Shown in pieces: positions 17,001-25,664 of a DNA stretch of 63,793 nucleotides. Numbering within the stretch: the first letter of the stretch is position 1; each line of letters begins with the position of its first letter. The stretch covers positions 1 to 63,793 of the forward strand of contig JAJZLH010000005.1 in assembly GCA_021803575.1 (NCBI GenBank), given 5' to 3'. The notes below the pieces were generated by a model. That model was not told the origin of the DNA. It searched no databases and saw only the letters and a list, made by a program, of their open reading frames with translations. The DNA comes from Bacillota bacterium (lineage in GTDB: Bacteria > Bacillota > Sulfobacillia > JAJZYS01 > JAJZLH01). Position numbers and translations under genes: made by a program.

Positions 17001-18595
17001 AGGTAGACAGGGTCCTGCCCGATATAGACATCGCTCACGAAGCCCGACACTGTATTCCCTTGCACGACGTTGCCCATGCCGTCCCAGATCAGGACACCAT
17101 CCACGGGTTGGTTGGCAATCGCTGAGACCGGGTTAGGCGAACCGTAGGCCAAGCTTGTACCGTCGGTGATCACCCCGGTGATCATGTTTCCGCTGATCGT
17201 GTTGTTGCTGCTGGGTACGACAGTCGGAGTCAGGTAGGACTGTCCGAGCTCGATCCCGGATGACCCGGCGGTGATCGTGTTGCCGGAGAGTGTACAGCCA
17301 GAGGCACCATGCACATCGATGCCATTGTCGTTGTTCAATAGGGTGTTACCCGAGACCGTGCAGGTGGCTCCCGTCCCCATCTGGTCAAGCCAGATGCCCC
17401 CGACACCCCACGGTGATGACATATCGCTGATCGTATTGTGCGAGATGGAGAGAGAGGCGATTCCACCTGCCACGATGCCGAACTGTGCGACCGGTCCCAG
17501 CGTCGACGCCGGATTGCCGGTGATCTTGTTTCCGCTCACCGTCACCGTGAGGTCCCCCGCTGCTGAGGCCGTTCCATTCGACATGAGATCGATCGCCACA
17601 TGACCGGGATAGTCCTGCAGTGTGTTCCCCGTCACCGCTACGGTGGCAGCATTTTGCGTCGCCTTCACCTCGATGCCGTGCACCGAAGCATCGCCGATCT
17701 GGGACTGGATCTGGATGTTAGTCACCACATTGTGTGTAATGGCTCCCGACGTATCGACTAGGGCGATGCCGGACCACGGGCCGCCAGATGACGACAGAGC
17801 ACTTCCTGAAACCGTCAGCCCCTGAATAGTCACCGGAATAGTGCTCGAATCGAGTTGCACACCAATGATGGCTGACGTGGCGCCCGTGTTGTCATCAAAG
17901 AAATACCCCGTACTTCCCTCGTTGAGGTTAGTGACCAGCGCGCTGGGAGCGGCGACCGTCGTCACCCCGCCACCATATCCCCCGCTGATTGTCAGACTCG
18001 TGAACGCCGGGCCGCTCCCACTACCGACACCCGTCTGACTCACTGACACCTGCCCTGTAAACGTGTTGCCACCATAGACTTCAATAGTGACCGGACCGGG
18101 CGTCGTCCACGCCGCGTTCACCGCTGCCTGGATGGACGTGTATGGCGTCCCGCTCGGGGCGACATACAAGGTCGTCGGTGTCACTGAAAAAGTCTCGAGG
18201 TTGGTGAGTTGCCCACTGGTGTAATTGTAAATCTGAGCAGTCACGGTACCGGCGGTCAACCCGGACGGCACCACTGCAGTGGCACTGGTGTCGCTCCAAC
18301 CAGAGCCTGAGACCTTATCCACGGTGGCGCCCTGCGTGAAGTACACGGTGCCCGTCACCGTCCCCGGCGACTCGAAGCCACTTCCACTGAATGTGATGCT
18401 CGTGCCAACCGGGCCAGAAGATGGCGACAGAGATGAGATGGTGGGCACGGGCGCCGCGGCTGCTGGCAGCGGCGCAACCGTCGCAAACTGGAACATCAAG
18501 GCCGCAGCCGATGCCGCGACCATCACCCGTCGCCAAGTTCCCAACGAAGGCTTCCACACCGGCCCTACTCGCACTAGCAACACCCCCGCAATCAA
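14096..18595 (-). CDS. Giant S-layer-homology (SLH) surface protein with IPT/TIG domain and right-handed parallel beta-helix (PbH1) repeats
   Basis: The N-terminus has a signal-like sequence (alternative start ATG 18523) and an IPT-like PTISSLSPSSGPVGTSITFSGSGF. Many repeats of the NTISGN/GNTxxxN type follow. Three C-terminal SLH repeats are present (FSDISNLPQATQQAIEGLA..., FSDVAASYYAVQEISAV..., IPAWAANDVNLAL...). Confidence 0.85.
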   Translation of the reverse strand: MIAGVLLVRVGPVWKPSLGTWRRVMVAASAAALMFQFATVAPLPAAAAPVPTISSLSPSSGPVGTSITFSGSGFESPGTVTGTVYFTQGATVDKVSGSGWSDTSATAVVPSGLTAGTVTAQIYNYTSGQLTNLETFSVTPTTLYVAPSGTPYTSIQAAVNAAWTTPGPVTIEVYGGNTFTGQVSVSQTGVGSGSGPAFTSLTISGGYGGGVTTVAAPSALVTNLNEGSTGYFFDDNTGATSAIIGVQLDSSTIPVTIQGLTVSGSALSSSGGPWSGIALVDTSGAITHNVVTNIQIQSQIGDASVHGIEVKATQNAATVAVTGNTLQDYPGHVAIDLMSNGTASAAGDLTVTVSGNKITGNPASTLGPVAQFGIVAGGIASLSISHNTISDMSSPWGVGGIWLDQMGTGATCTVSGNTLLNNDNGIDVHGASGCTLSGNTITAGSSGIELGQSYLTPTVVPSSNNTISGNMITGVITDGTSLAYGSPNPVSAIANQPVDGVLIWDGMGNVVQGNTVSGFVSDVYIGQDPVYLNNTATWPAGSSMFGTFNNSGNSVAFNSLGSLATPASGSDVAGYAVANLSNSTSFTLNATNNWWGSANGPTGSVNTYDVGSQGLPVSSGVNVAPWLTSAPVVGATTGTGFAPVTDITSGAQFASIQAAVNAAKSGDTILAAAGTFAEGVTVTTPVTLEGAQHGVDARTRTGVPETVISENASGSGGFGVNANNVVIDGFTIATQVPSINSNVAPNYGTGIDVQANISGTQIINDIIQNNVFGVYLKSDGTYPTLVEHDLFNNNNQNGSASGNGIYTDGALSNAVIANNTFTANSSAGIVMAGSSAGLETGITIANNEFLGTTASGGTALALFNVTKSTITGNFVNGTGPTKSANDAVYLGGGDSGITLSDNLIRNSTGWAIHLQNLYGFGANSNIVATLNSLGSSNTLGGLRVASGAYTGTNINATDNWWGSVSGPSGTEVSGGSSNVKPWISTLALSSPLLSLANNHPTVTETVTLTGSDKNAVKGPLTGLTLQFSGSGTSLCTQGSQTVPVSSTGTATYTCTAATTVPGFGKLTATLVVAGQLTTLNNTAQVISEGTPSAGRGPSSSATTPPPVVPPLGSLNASHDATTTTTNGASTLDVSGSKLGSALGSGTHENVAFTSSTDQATLNLPTTAVTDLGSSHSEVSLVTPAATYTLPVASLGLAALAKSLDVSQTALSLSVQVVPAPSSDTADIKSTTPTATILASPVTFTVTVSANGKTTTIAEFTGRVPRTLNLSAKPNPLTSTGVIMVNGVPEHAWTLFSGNTATIESLTNSTYAVIQNQVSFSDISNLPQATQQAIEGLANKLILNGMGNGTFDPAGGVSRAQFAVMIAKALGLWHIPSNATFSDVAASYYAVQEISAVATEGYIKGFPGGTFQPDAPITNAQMAAIVARVLRGLGIQSGASSVTPKDGSSIPAWAANDVNLALSTSVMTLSSNGDFSPSAVTTRAQAAVIVWNLMQKAGIE

Positions 18596-18879
18596 GATGC
18601 ATCCCAGTGAGTGCGCCCAGGGCCCCCGCAGGAGCGGATCGCTCCCACCGCAACGAGACCCTGCCGCTCCTCACGATGACAATTCGGTCGCGCCTACAAA
18701 CACATTGGCGCGCAACGACTTCAGCCGCCGCGCACTGCATACGCCACCGACCCGCCACCATCCGCAGGCCGCTACGGTGACTCTGGGAGCACCTTCCCGT
18801 TGCTCCTAGGGCACCTGTCGGCCACTCGTTAGCTGTTTTTCCCCGGTTGCCCTGATCCTATCTCCGCAGTTGCGACGAA

Positions 18880-20136
18880 TTAAGTTGACTCTCTGCCCCT
18901 GGGCCGAATGGTGTGGTTCCAACCACCAGACACGGCCGGGCGCAACTTGCCGTGACGACCCGACACGTGGAGCCCTGCAGCCTCCGGCCAGGCCGGGACG
19001 CCCGGCCGGTGGTCGCTCCTGTCGTCCGAGTTCCGCGAGCGCTCCACGATCAGGCTGATCACGGTCTCCTGGCGCAATACCGACGTCGCGCCTCTCCAAG
19101 CCTGTATGGCATGACTGAAGAGTCTGACCTCGACGGAGTTCCATCTGTGCGTTCCCGGTGGAAAGTGGCAGGTGTCGATCACGAGTCCACTTTCGTCGGC
19201 CAACCGCTGAAGTTCGATCGTCACATCGGCAGCAGGCAACGGCCGCCATCTGCCTTCAGCTACGATCAGCATACGGTCGGTCGGCGGATAGGTGGCACGA
19301 CCGGCAGTGTGCCACCACTGGCGCAGACTCGGTAAGACACAGGCGGCCGTGTCACCGTCGTCCCACGGTCCATCCCAGCCCGCTTCCAACTCCGACTCGG
19401 GCGGGCTCTCTGCAACTTCCCCAGTCACCTCTGGCTCCAAGGTCCTGCTCGTGGCTCTGCGCTGCCCGGTGGACAGAGACTCGTCGCCGACATGTTCGAC
19501 CTGCTCACACCGCTTTGTTGCCAGTGAAATGACTGGCTGACCACGGTGGTGGTAGTCAAGGACTGTTTCGTTGATATGGCGAAACTGAGCCTCACGCTCC
19601 GCTTCTCTGCGGTCGTTGCCGACCGCACCGCTGGCCGACAGCGTGAATCCCAGGTCATGCAATATGACCCGCACAGTGCGCTCGCTGGTGTAGTGACCTC
19701 GGTTATCCAATGCAGCCGACAGTTGGCGGCAGCTCTTCGTGGTCCACAGTAGCGGCGCATCCGGCTCCCAGTGGATATCGGACTCCACCAGCCACTCCAG
19801 ATCCGGTAGCAAGGTTGGTTCAGTCTCGGTGAGCGGCTTTCGCCCGCCCCCGCGCCTCCGGACCCGACCGACCGGACCCGTACCGAAGTCGGCCAGTTCT
19901 CTGATTCCGCGGGCTACCGTGCGTCGGGACACTCCCAGCAACCTGCTGACACGAACCAGTCCGCCCACGCCATAGGCTACCGCCTCGGCAGCGGCGAACA
20001 GCCGCCGTTGCCGTTCATCCAGTAGCGGCGACACCAACTCAAACCGTCGCTTGATCCGTGCCCCGACCGCTTCGGACTCGGTCACCGTGCACTCCCCCGA
20101 TTCCGGTTTGCGGTGCCGCCCAAGCCGACCTGCCAA
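18880..20136 (-). CDS. ISAzo13-family transposase-like ORF (probably inactive)
   Basis: The N-terminus (RFELVSPLLDERQRRLFAAAEAVAYGVGG...RVRRRGGGRKPL) and the C-terminus (ELQRLADESGLVIDTCHFPPGTHRWNSVEVRLFS, GGWNHTIRPR) match the DDE_Tnp_ISAZ013 family as I remember it. The central catalytic region is shortened and substituted. Confidence 0.7.
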   Translation of the reverse strand: MAGRLGRHRKPESGECTVTESEAVGARIKRRFELVSPLLDERQRRLFAAAEAVAYGVGGLVRVSRLLGVSRRTVARGIRELADFGTGPVGRVRRRGGGRKPLTETEPTLLPDLEWLVESDIHWEPDAPLLWTTKSCRQLSAALDNRGHYTSERTVRVILHDLGFTLSASGAVGNDRREAEREAQFRHINETVLDYHHRGQPVISLATKRCEQVEHVGDESLSTGQRRATSRTLEPEVTGEVAESPPESELEAGWDGPWDDGDTAACVLPSLRQWWHTAGRATYPPTDRMLIVAEGRWRPLPAADVTIELQRLADESGLVIDTCHFPPGTHRWNSVEVRLFSHAIQAWRGATSVLRQETVISLIVERSRNSDDRSDHRPGVPAWPEAAGLHVSGRHGKLRPAVSGGWNHTIRPRGREST

Positions 20137-20982
20137 CCTCTACCACAACCTGGGCAACGCGATGTGTCAAGGGCCCAAGGTCCTGCCTAGTGACCGCTGA
20201 TCCGGACCCCACCGTGTTTCCTGGTTCAGGCGGCCGGGCCAGGAACACGTGGGGGGTGCCTCCCTGACCTAGATAGGGTCAGGTGGACTGTTGGCAGGAT
20301 CCCCATTGAGTTAACCAGCGCCAGCTCGGCTTGCCATATGTTCGCAGCGCCTGCGGGGAGCTTCCCGAGTGACTCCTCTGGCAGTCCCGCGGTCCGCGCC
20401 TTCCTTGACAGGTAGAGATCTACCTGCCGGCATCACGTGCAGGAGGCGAGGGTCGCGCCAAACCAGTACCGCAGGAATACGGTAATGATGTCGCTCAGTC
20501 TGTCCCCTATTTGAAGAGCGTCAGCAGATCTGGCCGGGAGGCGGCGTCTAGCCCAGTAACAGCCGCTCCAGGGGGCCGGCATGCTGAGGCATCGGTTCGG
20601 GGTGGTCGAGGTGTCCAACTGGTGGGATCGATGAGCCGCCGGAACGCCCTCATTGATCCCGCTAGCGACAGTGGTCCTCTCGTCTCGGGCCCGCCGGCAG
20701 GCGACCTGGTGGCGGCGACGACGGCGGCACAGTGCCTGTGCCGAGACCTCTTTCTGGTGGACCTCATCCGCCGAGAAGACCTGAGTGACGCGGCGGTGGG
20801 GCTGTTCTTCGGTCAGGGGGTGCCGGGGATGATGGGGCGGGCGGGCTCAAGGCACTGAAGGCGGAGATCACCCATGAGCGGGCGGCGACCACTGAGGCTG
20901 AGACTACGACCGGCCGCTTGGTCTCTAAGATCGAGTTAACCGCGCTCCAGGTTGGCGCGTGGGCCACTGCCGCGCGGCCGCC

Positions 20983-21300
20983 TCAGTCAGGCAGCTTCTC
21001 AGGGCGGCTGTCCGCCGACCGGCCGCGACGGGACGCAACCAGGAAGAGAGCGACGCCGACGATGATGAAGAGCAGGCCAATCGCGGCCCATGGCCAGGGA
21101 TTGAGGAGCTGGGCGCAGGTGGTGGTGGTCTGCAGAAAACCGCCATAGGAGCACAGCTGGCCCGGGCCGTCACGATTGAGGAAGGCGACGTAGAGGGGTG
21201 GAAAGCCGAACCCCGCCACCAGGCCTGCAAGAGCGGCACGGGGCGCCTTGCGCCGAGCCAGCAGCACTGTGGCCAGAATAGCCACAGGGAAAACGAACAA
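20983..21300 (-). CDS. Small multi-pass membrane protein, N-terminal boundary unresolved
   Basis: Hydrophobic helices are present (FVFPVAILATVLLA, LAGLVAGFGFPPLYVAF, WAAIGLLFIIVGVALFLVA). The track start 21300 is a TTG inside a helix. The frame stays open and hydrophobic upstream (WGSFAAWLPVGVAYAFAAIALASVG) with no ATG/GTG/TTG. Confidence 0.35.
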   Translation of the reverse strand: MFVFPVAILATVLLARRKAPRAALAGLVAGFGFPPLYVAFLNRDGPGQLCSYGGFLQTTTTCAQLLNPWPWAAIGLLFIIVGVALFLVASRRGRSADSRPEKLPD

Positions 21301-21544
21301 GCCAACCGATGCCAGGGCGATGGCGGCGAAGGCGTATGCGACACCGACCGGAAGCCAGGCCGCGAAAGAGCCCCACGGGCGGTGGCGCGGGCTTAACCCT
21401 TCACGGTCATCTCCACGGTCCGCCGCACCATCTATCGTACCTCCAACTCCCCCGGGCGGTCGCCAGCATCGCCCGCTTCCACTCCTGCCTAGATAGCACC
21501 AGCCCGTAACCTGGCGGCCAGGCCTACGGGCTTCGTTGCTTTGG

Positions 21545-22492
21545 TCAGCTCAGATCGAGCACCAGCTTGCCCAGCACTTCCCGGTTGGCCTGGCGGGCCA
21601 GCGCTTCATTTACCTCGGCCAGCGGCATCACGCTGTCCACGCTGATGCGGAGGCGCCCGTCGGCCAGTGCGCCGAGAGCCCCCGTCACACCCGCCGCGAA
21701 GCGCTCCGGAGGTTCGATCAGCCCCGAGTAGGTCAGCACCGTGAGCTCCTTGCGGTAGAGCTCCTGGATGCTGATCTCGCCGCGCAGTCCAGCTGACGTG
21801 CCGAAGATGATCAGCCGGCCGAAGGGCTCCAGCGCCGTGATGGCGCCCGCCGTGAACTGGCCGCCCAAGGGGTCGAGCACCACCGTGGGGTGAAGCGCCT
21901 TCACCTCCTCCATCAGGTGCTCGCTGTCCGTCACCACGACACGGGTCGCACCCCTGGCTGAGATCCAGGCCCGCTTCTTGGCGTCCTCGGTCTGGCCCCA
22001 CACCTCGGCCCCGATCGAGCGGACGAGGGAGATGGCCGTGGAGCCGACGCCACCGCTGGCACCCAGCACCAGGACCCGATCGGCCGCCGTCACCGCGGCC
22101 AGTCTGGTGACGACCGTCCAGGCGGTGACCCCCACCACGCCCATCGCCGCCGCCTGCTTCAGGTCGACGCCAGCCGGCAGGTCGCTCACCGCACCCCGCG
22201 GCACGACGGCCGCCGTAGCCCACAGCCCGTCGCGCTGGCGGCCGAGCTGGTGTCCGCAGACCAGAACCGGCCGGCCGTCCACAGTACCCACGGCTTCGGA
22301 GCCAAGCGTGCGCGGCAGGGGGCTGTCCGGGGCCACCCGGCCCATCGCCACGTAGCGGTCGACCGGATTGATCGCCGAGTATTGAAGCTTCACCAGGACA
22401 GCGTCTGGGCCCGGCACCAGGAGCTCGACCGGCTCCACCCGGAGCGGACTGCCATGCTGGTAGAGACGTGCGGCCTGGGCAGAAGTTGACAT
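21545..22492 (-). CDS. Zinc-type alcohol dehydrogenase / NADPH:quinone oxidoreductase family protein (MDR superfamily)
   Basis: AINPVDRYVAMG, the Rossmann motif VLVLGASGGVGSTAISL, and overall MDR length and layout. Confidence 0.8.
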   Translation of the reverse strand: MSTSAQAARLYQHGSPLRVEPVELLVPGPDAVLVKLQYSAINPVDRYVAMGRVAPDSPLPRTLGSEAVGTVDGRPVLVCGHQLGRQRDGLWATAAVVPRGAVSDLPAGVDLKQAAAMGVVGVTAWTVVTRLAAVTAADRVLVLGASGGVGSTAISLVRSIGAEVWGQTEDAKKRAWISARGATRVVVTDSEHLMEEVKALHPTVVLDPLGGQFTAGAITALEPFGRLIIFGTSAGLRGEISIQELYRKELTVLTYSGLIEPPERFAAGVTGALGALADGRLRISVDSVMPLAEVNEALARQANREVLGKLVLDLS

Positions 22493-23049
22493 GCCCTCAG
22501 GATAGCACGGCCGGTGGGGTGCGGGGCAGCAGGCGATCTCCGTGCTGTTGCCACACGATGATGTCCGGTCTATCTGCTACGCGAAAATGTCCGCATGGCT
22601 AAGGACATGGTGGTGTTGCGCAAGCGGGGGCAGCTGTGGATCGGATCCTGAACGAGCTGCTGCAAGGGGCGCTGGGGGCCGAGGAAGTCTCTCGGAGACT
22701 GGGAGGGTCGGAGCAGCAGGGGTGGCGGATGCGGGCCAGTTGCCTGGCCAGAGGAGCGGAGGCAGTCGCCTATGGCACCCGAGGCCGGCCCACCCACCTG
22801 CGACGCGGCCAGTGCTGCGAACAGCCTTGGAACCGACCCCAGATTCCCTTTGAAGTGAAGCGGACCATCGCCGTTCCCATGGATGGCTCTGCCATCCATT
22901 CAACGCACGCGGGAAACCGGCGCCGGTTAATCGCGTGTGCGCACCTGACGGCCCGCCTGCGGTGCCCCCGGAAGAGAGGTCGGCGTCCTGCGCGCTGCGA
23001 GAACCCGGGGTCAGAACACGGCACGCGTGCTCTGAACGTCAACATAAAC

Positions 23050-23086
23050 GTTGCCAGCTTGCAACTATTAGCAGAATGGCTACAAT
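23050..23086 (+). promoter_or_regulatory. marR promoter (TTGCAA-16-TACAAT) with overlapping GTTGC-N6-GCAAC palindrome
   Basis: -35 at 23059..23064, -10 at 23081..23086, palindrome at 23050..23065. The ATG at 23093 begins 7 nt after the -10, which implies a leaderless transcript. Confidence 0.5.
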
Positions 23087-23092
23087 AGGCCC

Positions 23093-23560
23093 ATGAACAC
23101 TAAGGTCCCACCGGAACCAATTCCGACGGGGCACGAGGCATTCGGCGCTGTGGTCGACGTCCTCAGCTTGGGAGAGCAGTATCTCCAGGCGCTCTGGAGC
23201 TCGGCACGGCTACCGCTGACGCACCTGCGCGTGCTGCGGGCCATAGAGCGCGGGTGCACCAGCGCCAGCAGCATTAACCATGATCTCAACATCCCGCCCT
23301 CATCTCTGTCGCGCATCTTCGATCGCCTTGAGCAACGCGGCCTGATCACCCGCCAGATCGATCAAGAAGATCGGCGACGCATCCTTGTCGCGTTTACCCC
23401 GGTCGGCGAGGCGGAGTTGGCAGACATGCCGCGATTGGCCAGCACGCCACTCATGTCGGCCGTGCACGCGCTATCTGACGTGGAGCGACAGGCGCTCGTG
23501 ATCGGTGTGCGCGCTCTGGTGCGCGAGGCAAGGGCGATGGCACGTGACGAAGCGGAGTAA
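23093..23560 (+). CDS. MarR-family transcriptional regulator
   Basis: wHTH region LTHLRVLRAIERGCTSASSINHDLNIPPSSLSRIFDRLEQRGLITRQIDQEDRRRILV. Confidence 0.85.
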   Translation: MNTKVPPEPIPTGHEAFGAVVDVLSLGEQYLQALWSSARLPLTHLRVLRAIERGCTSASSINHDLNIPPSSLSRIFDRLEQRGLITRQIDQEDRRRILVAFTPVGEAELADMPRLASTPLMSAVHALSDVERQALVIGVRALVREARAMARDEAE

Positions 23561-23699
23561 GGGTCCGTCTCCGTCGGCAGCCAATGGGGGGCTGGTCCTG
23601 CGTTCCCAGTACGCGCGGTCCACGGGCCTCAAGGTAGATGCCCCTTGTGCGGCCGCGAGTCCGACCCACGCGACGCGAACATGGGAAGGTGATTAGCGC

Positions 23700-24926
23700 A
23701 TGAGATCGACCGGCAGCCAGCCCGTTGAAGCAGATCGCGTTGGCCGCATGCCTGGAGTACGCCGACTTCCCGGTGCTGTGGTGGCGACGGCATTCGCCAC
23801 ACTGATCGCCTTCATGGGCATCGGCGTGGTCGACCCCATCCTTCCGGTCATCGGCCGGGCCATGGGTGCGACGGCGCCTCAGGTCGAGCTCCTGTTCACC
23901 TCCTACATCGCCGTTATGGCCTTGACGATGCTGGTGTCCGGAGTGCTGGCCACACACCTGGGCGGACGACGCACCATGCTTCTGGGGCTGGGTGTCGTCG
24001 TGGTCTTCGCAACGTTGTCTGGACTGTCGAACGGTATCCCTATGCTCGCTGCCATGCGCGGGTTTTGGGGGTTCGGAAACTCGATGTTCACGTCCACGGC
24101 ACTATCGATCATCGTCGGCGCATCCACCGGCACCGTGGCAGAAGCGATTACCCTCTATGAAGCGGCCTTGGGCCTTGGCATCGCGTCTGGGCCCTTGTTG
24201 GGCGGGCTTCTTGGATCCATGTCGTGGCGCTATCCGTTTTTCGGTACTGCCGTCCTCATGGCGGTTGCCTTCACGGCCACCTTTGCTGCCGTGCACGACA
24301 CCGGCCGCAAGGAGGCACCGCGCAGAATGCGCGACATCGTGCAGGCGCTGGGGCATCCCGACGTTCTCTCCAACGCGCTGGCCGGGCTTGCCTACTCCTA
24401 CGGCTTCTTCACAATCCTGGCCTATTCGCCCCTCGCCCTCGGCTTTTCCGCTCTTACGCTCGGCCTGATTTACTTTGCGTGGGGCATCCTCGTGGCCGTC
24501 AGCTCAGTCTTGTTGGTGAACATCCTTCGTCCGCGTTTTGGAGCCATTCCGGTCCTGCTCGTCAACTTGTGCCTGCTGATCGTCCTCTTCGTCGCCGTCG
24601 GTCTGGCGGATCGGAAGGCAGTTGACATGGCCCTCATCATCGCGTCGGGCCTGTTCTGCGGCGTGGCGAACGCCCTCTTCACCACGCTCGCCATCGAGGT
24701 GTCTCCGTTCAGCCGCTCCATCTCGTCGGGTGCTTATAACTTCCTGCGCTGGTCCGGCGCAGCCCTAGCGCCCGTGCTGTCCGGGGTCATCGCACTCGCC
24801 GCCGGTCCGCGGGTCCCGTTCCTCGTGGGGGCATGCGTGATTGCGGCAGGTACAGTCGTGCTCTGGCTGCGCCGCCACAGGCTGGCGGCAGCTTTGGTGA
24901 AGTACGTGGCAATCAACGAGGGCTAG
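23700..24926 (+). CDS. MFS transporter (DHA1-like drug/H+ antiporter)
   Basis: About 12 hydrophobic segments with an MFS-like loop GGRRTMLLGL. ATG 23700 lies 7 nt after AAGGTGA. The gene is downstream of marR. Confidence 0.8.
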   Translation: MRSTGSQPVEADRVGRMPGVRRLPGAVVATAFATLIAFMGIGVVDPILPVIGRAMGATAPQVELLFTSYIAVMALTMLVSGVLATHLGGRRTMLLGLGVVVVFATLSGLSNGIPMLAAMRGFWGFGNSMFTSTALSIIVGASTGTVAEAITLYEAALGLGIASGPLLGGLLGSMSWRYPFFGTAVLMAVAFTATFAAVHDTGRKEAPRRMRDIVQALGHPDVLSNALAGLAYSYGFFTILAYSPLALGFSALTLGLIYFAWGILVAVSSVLLVNILRPRFGAIPVLLVNLCLLIVLFVAVGLADRKAVDMALIIASGLFCGVANALFTTLAIEVSPFSRSISSGAYNFLRWSGAALAPVLSGVIALAAGPRVPFLVGACVIAAGTVVLWLRRHRLAAALVKYVAINEG

Positions 24927-25122
24927 GTTGCTCGCGGGATCCATGTGTTGCGAAATCGGTGAGACGGGTGTCCCGATTGCCATGGGTTGCCTTTGCTGCT
25001 CCTCTGGCCAGGTAGCTGGCTTACCTATGCCGCTTGTGAGAAGAGGGCTTCGGCACGCCGGGACTGTTCCCGAGGTTCTCCCAGAAGCATGCGCAAGAAG
25101 ACGTTGGCCTCCACGTACAGCG

Positions 25123-25377
25123 TCATGCGTTGGACTTCTCCCCGGCCCACTTCTCCACCAAGTGTGCCTCATATTCTCGGCGCCCTGTTTTCGGATCGAC
25201 CGGGCGGTCAGTGGCCAGAATGCCGCGCAACTGGGGCACGGTGCGGAGATGCACGGGAGTCAGAACGGCCCGCTCCCCTTCAACACTGATGGCGACTCGG
25301 TCGCCGGGTGCCAGGTGCAGCGCCTCCAGCAACCAGTTCGGGAGAACAATCTGACCACTCTTTCCGACCCTCGGCAT
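25123..25377 (-). CDS. AbrB/MazE/SpoVT-family DNA-binding protein (antitoxin-like), no adjacent toxin
   Basis: The sequence MPRVGKSGQIVLPNWLLEALHLAPGDRVAISVEGERAVLTPV shows the swapped-hairpin beta-barrel pattern. The start could also be 25383 or 25401. Confidence 0.6.
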   Translation of the reverse strand: MPRVGKSGQIVLPNWLLEALHLAPGDRVAISVEGERAVLTPVHLRTVPQLRGILATDRPVDPKTGRREYEAHLVEKWAGEKSNA

Positions 25378-25664
25378 GTCCATGGCTCTCACTCCGATCA
25401 TGAAACGATGTTCTTCTCCTCAGTGGGTTTCCCTCGCAAGCTCCACTTGCGCCAAGACCTGCTGATTCGGCCGGTGCGGCCCGGTCAAGGCTGGCATGCC
25501 TCAGACCCTAGCACAGGGAAGTTCCCGTGCTGCTCGCCCATCCTCGGGGGAAGCGTCAGGGCACCACGCCCGCTCTCGGAGCACGCCGACCTTCTTCACC
25601 GGGGCGACGGCACGGCACACAGACGCCCTCGTCAAGAGGGCCGCATCCGAGTCAGCCTGGCCTC

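Noticed and set aside
18851-20283. Possible terminal inverted repeats of the ISAzo13-like element (CCTGATCCTATCT at 18851..18863 versus CCTGACCCTATCT on the complement of 20271..20283)
   Set aside because: The match is only 12 of 13 nt. The right copy is part of a local palindrome (CCTGACC-N-GGTCAGG) and I saw no flanking target-site duplication. The ends cannot be called without other copies.
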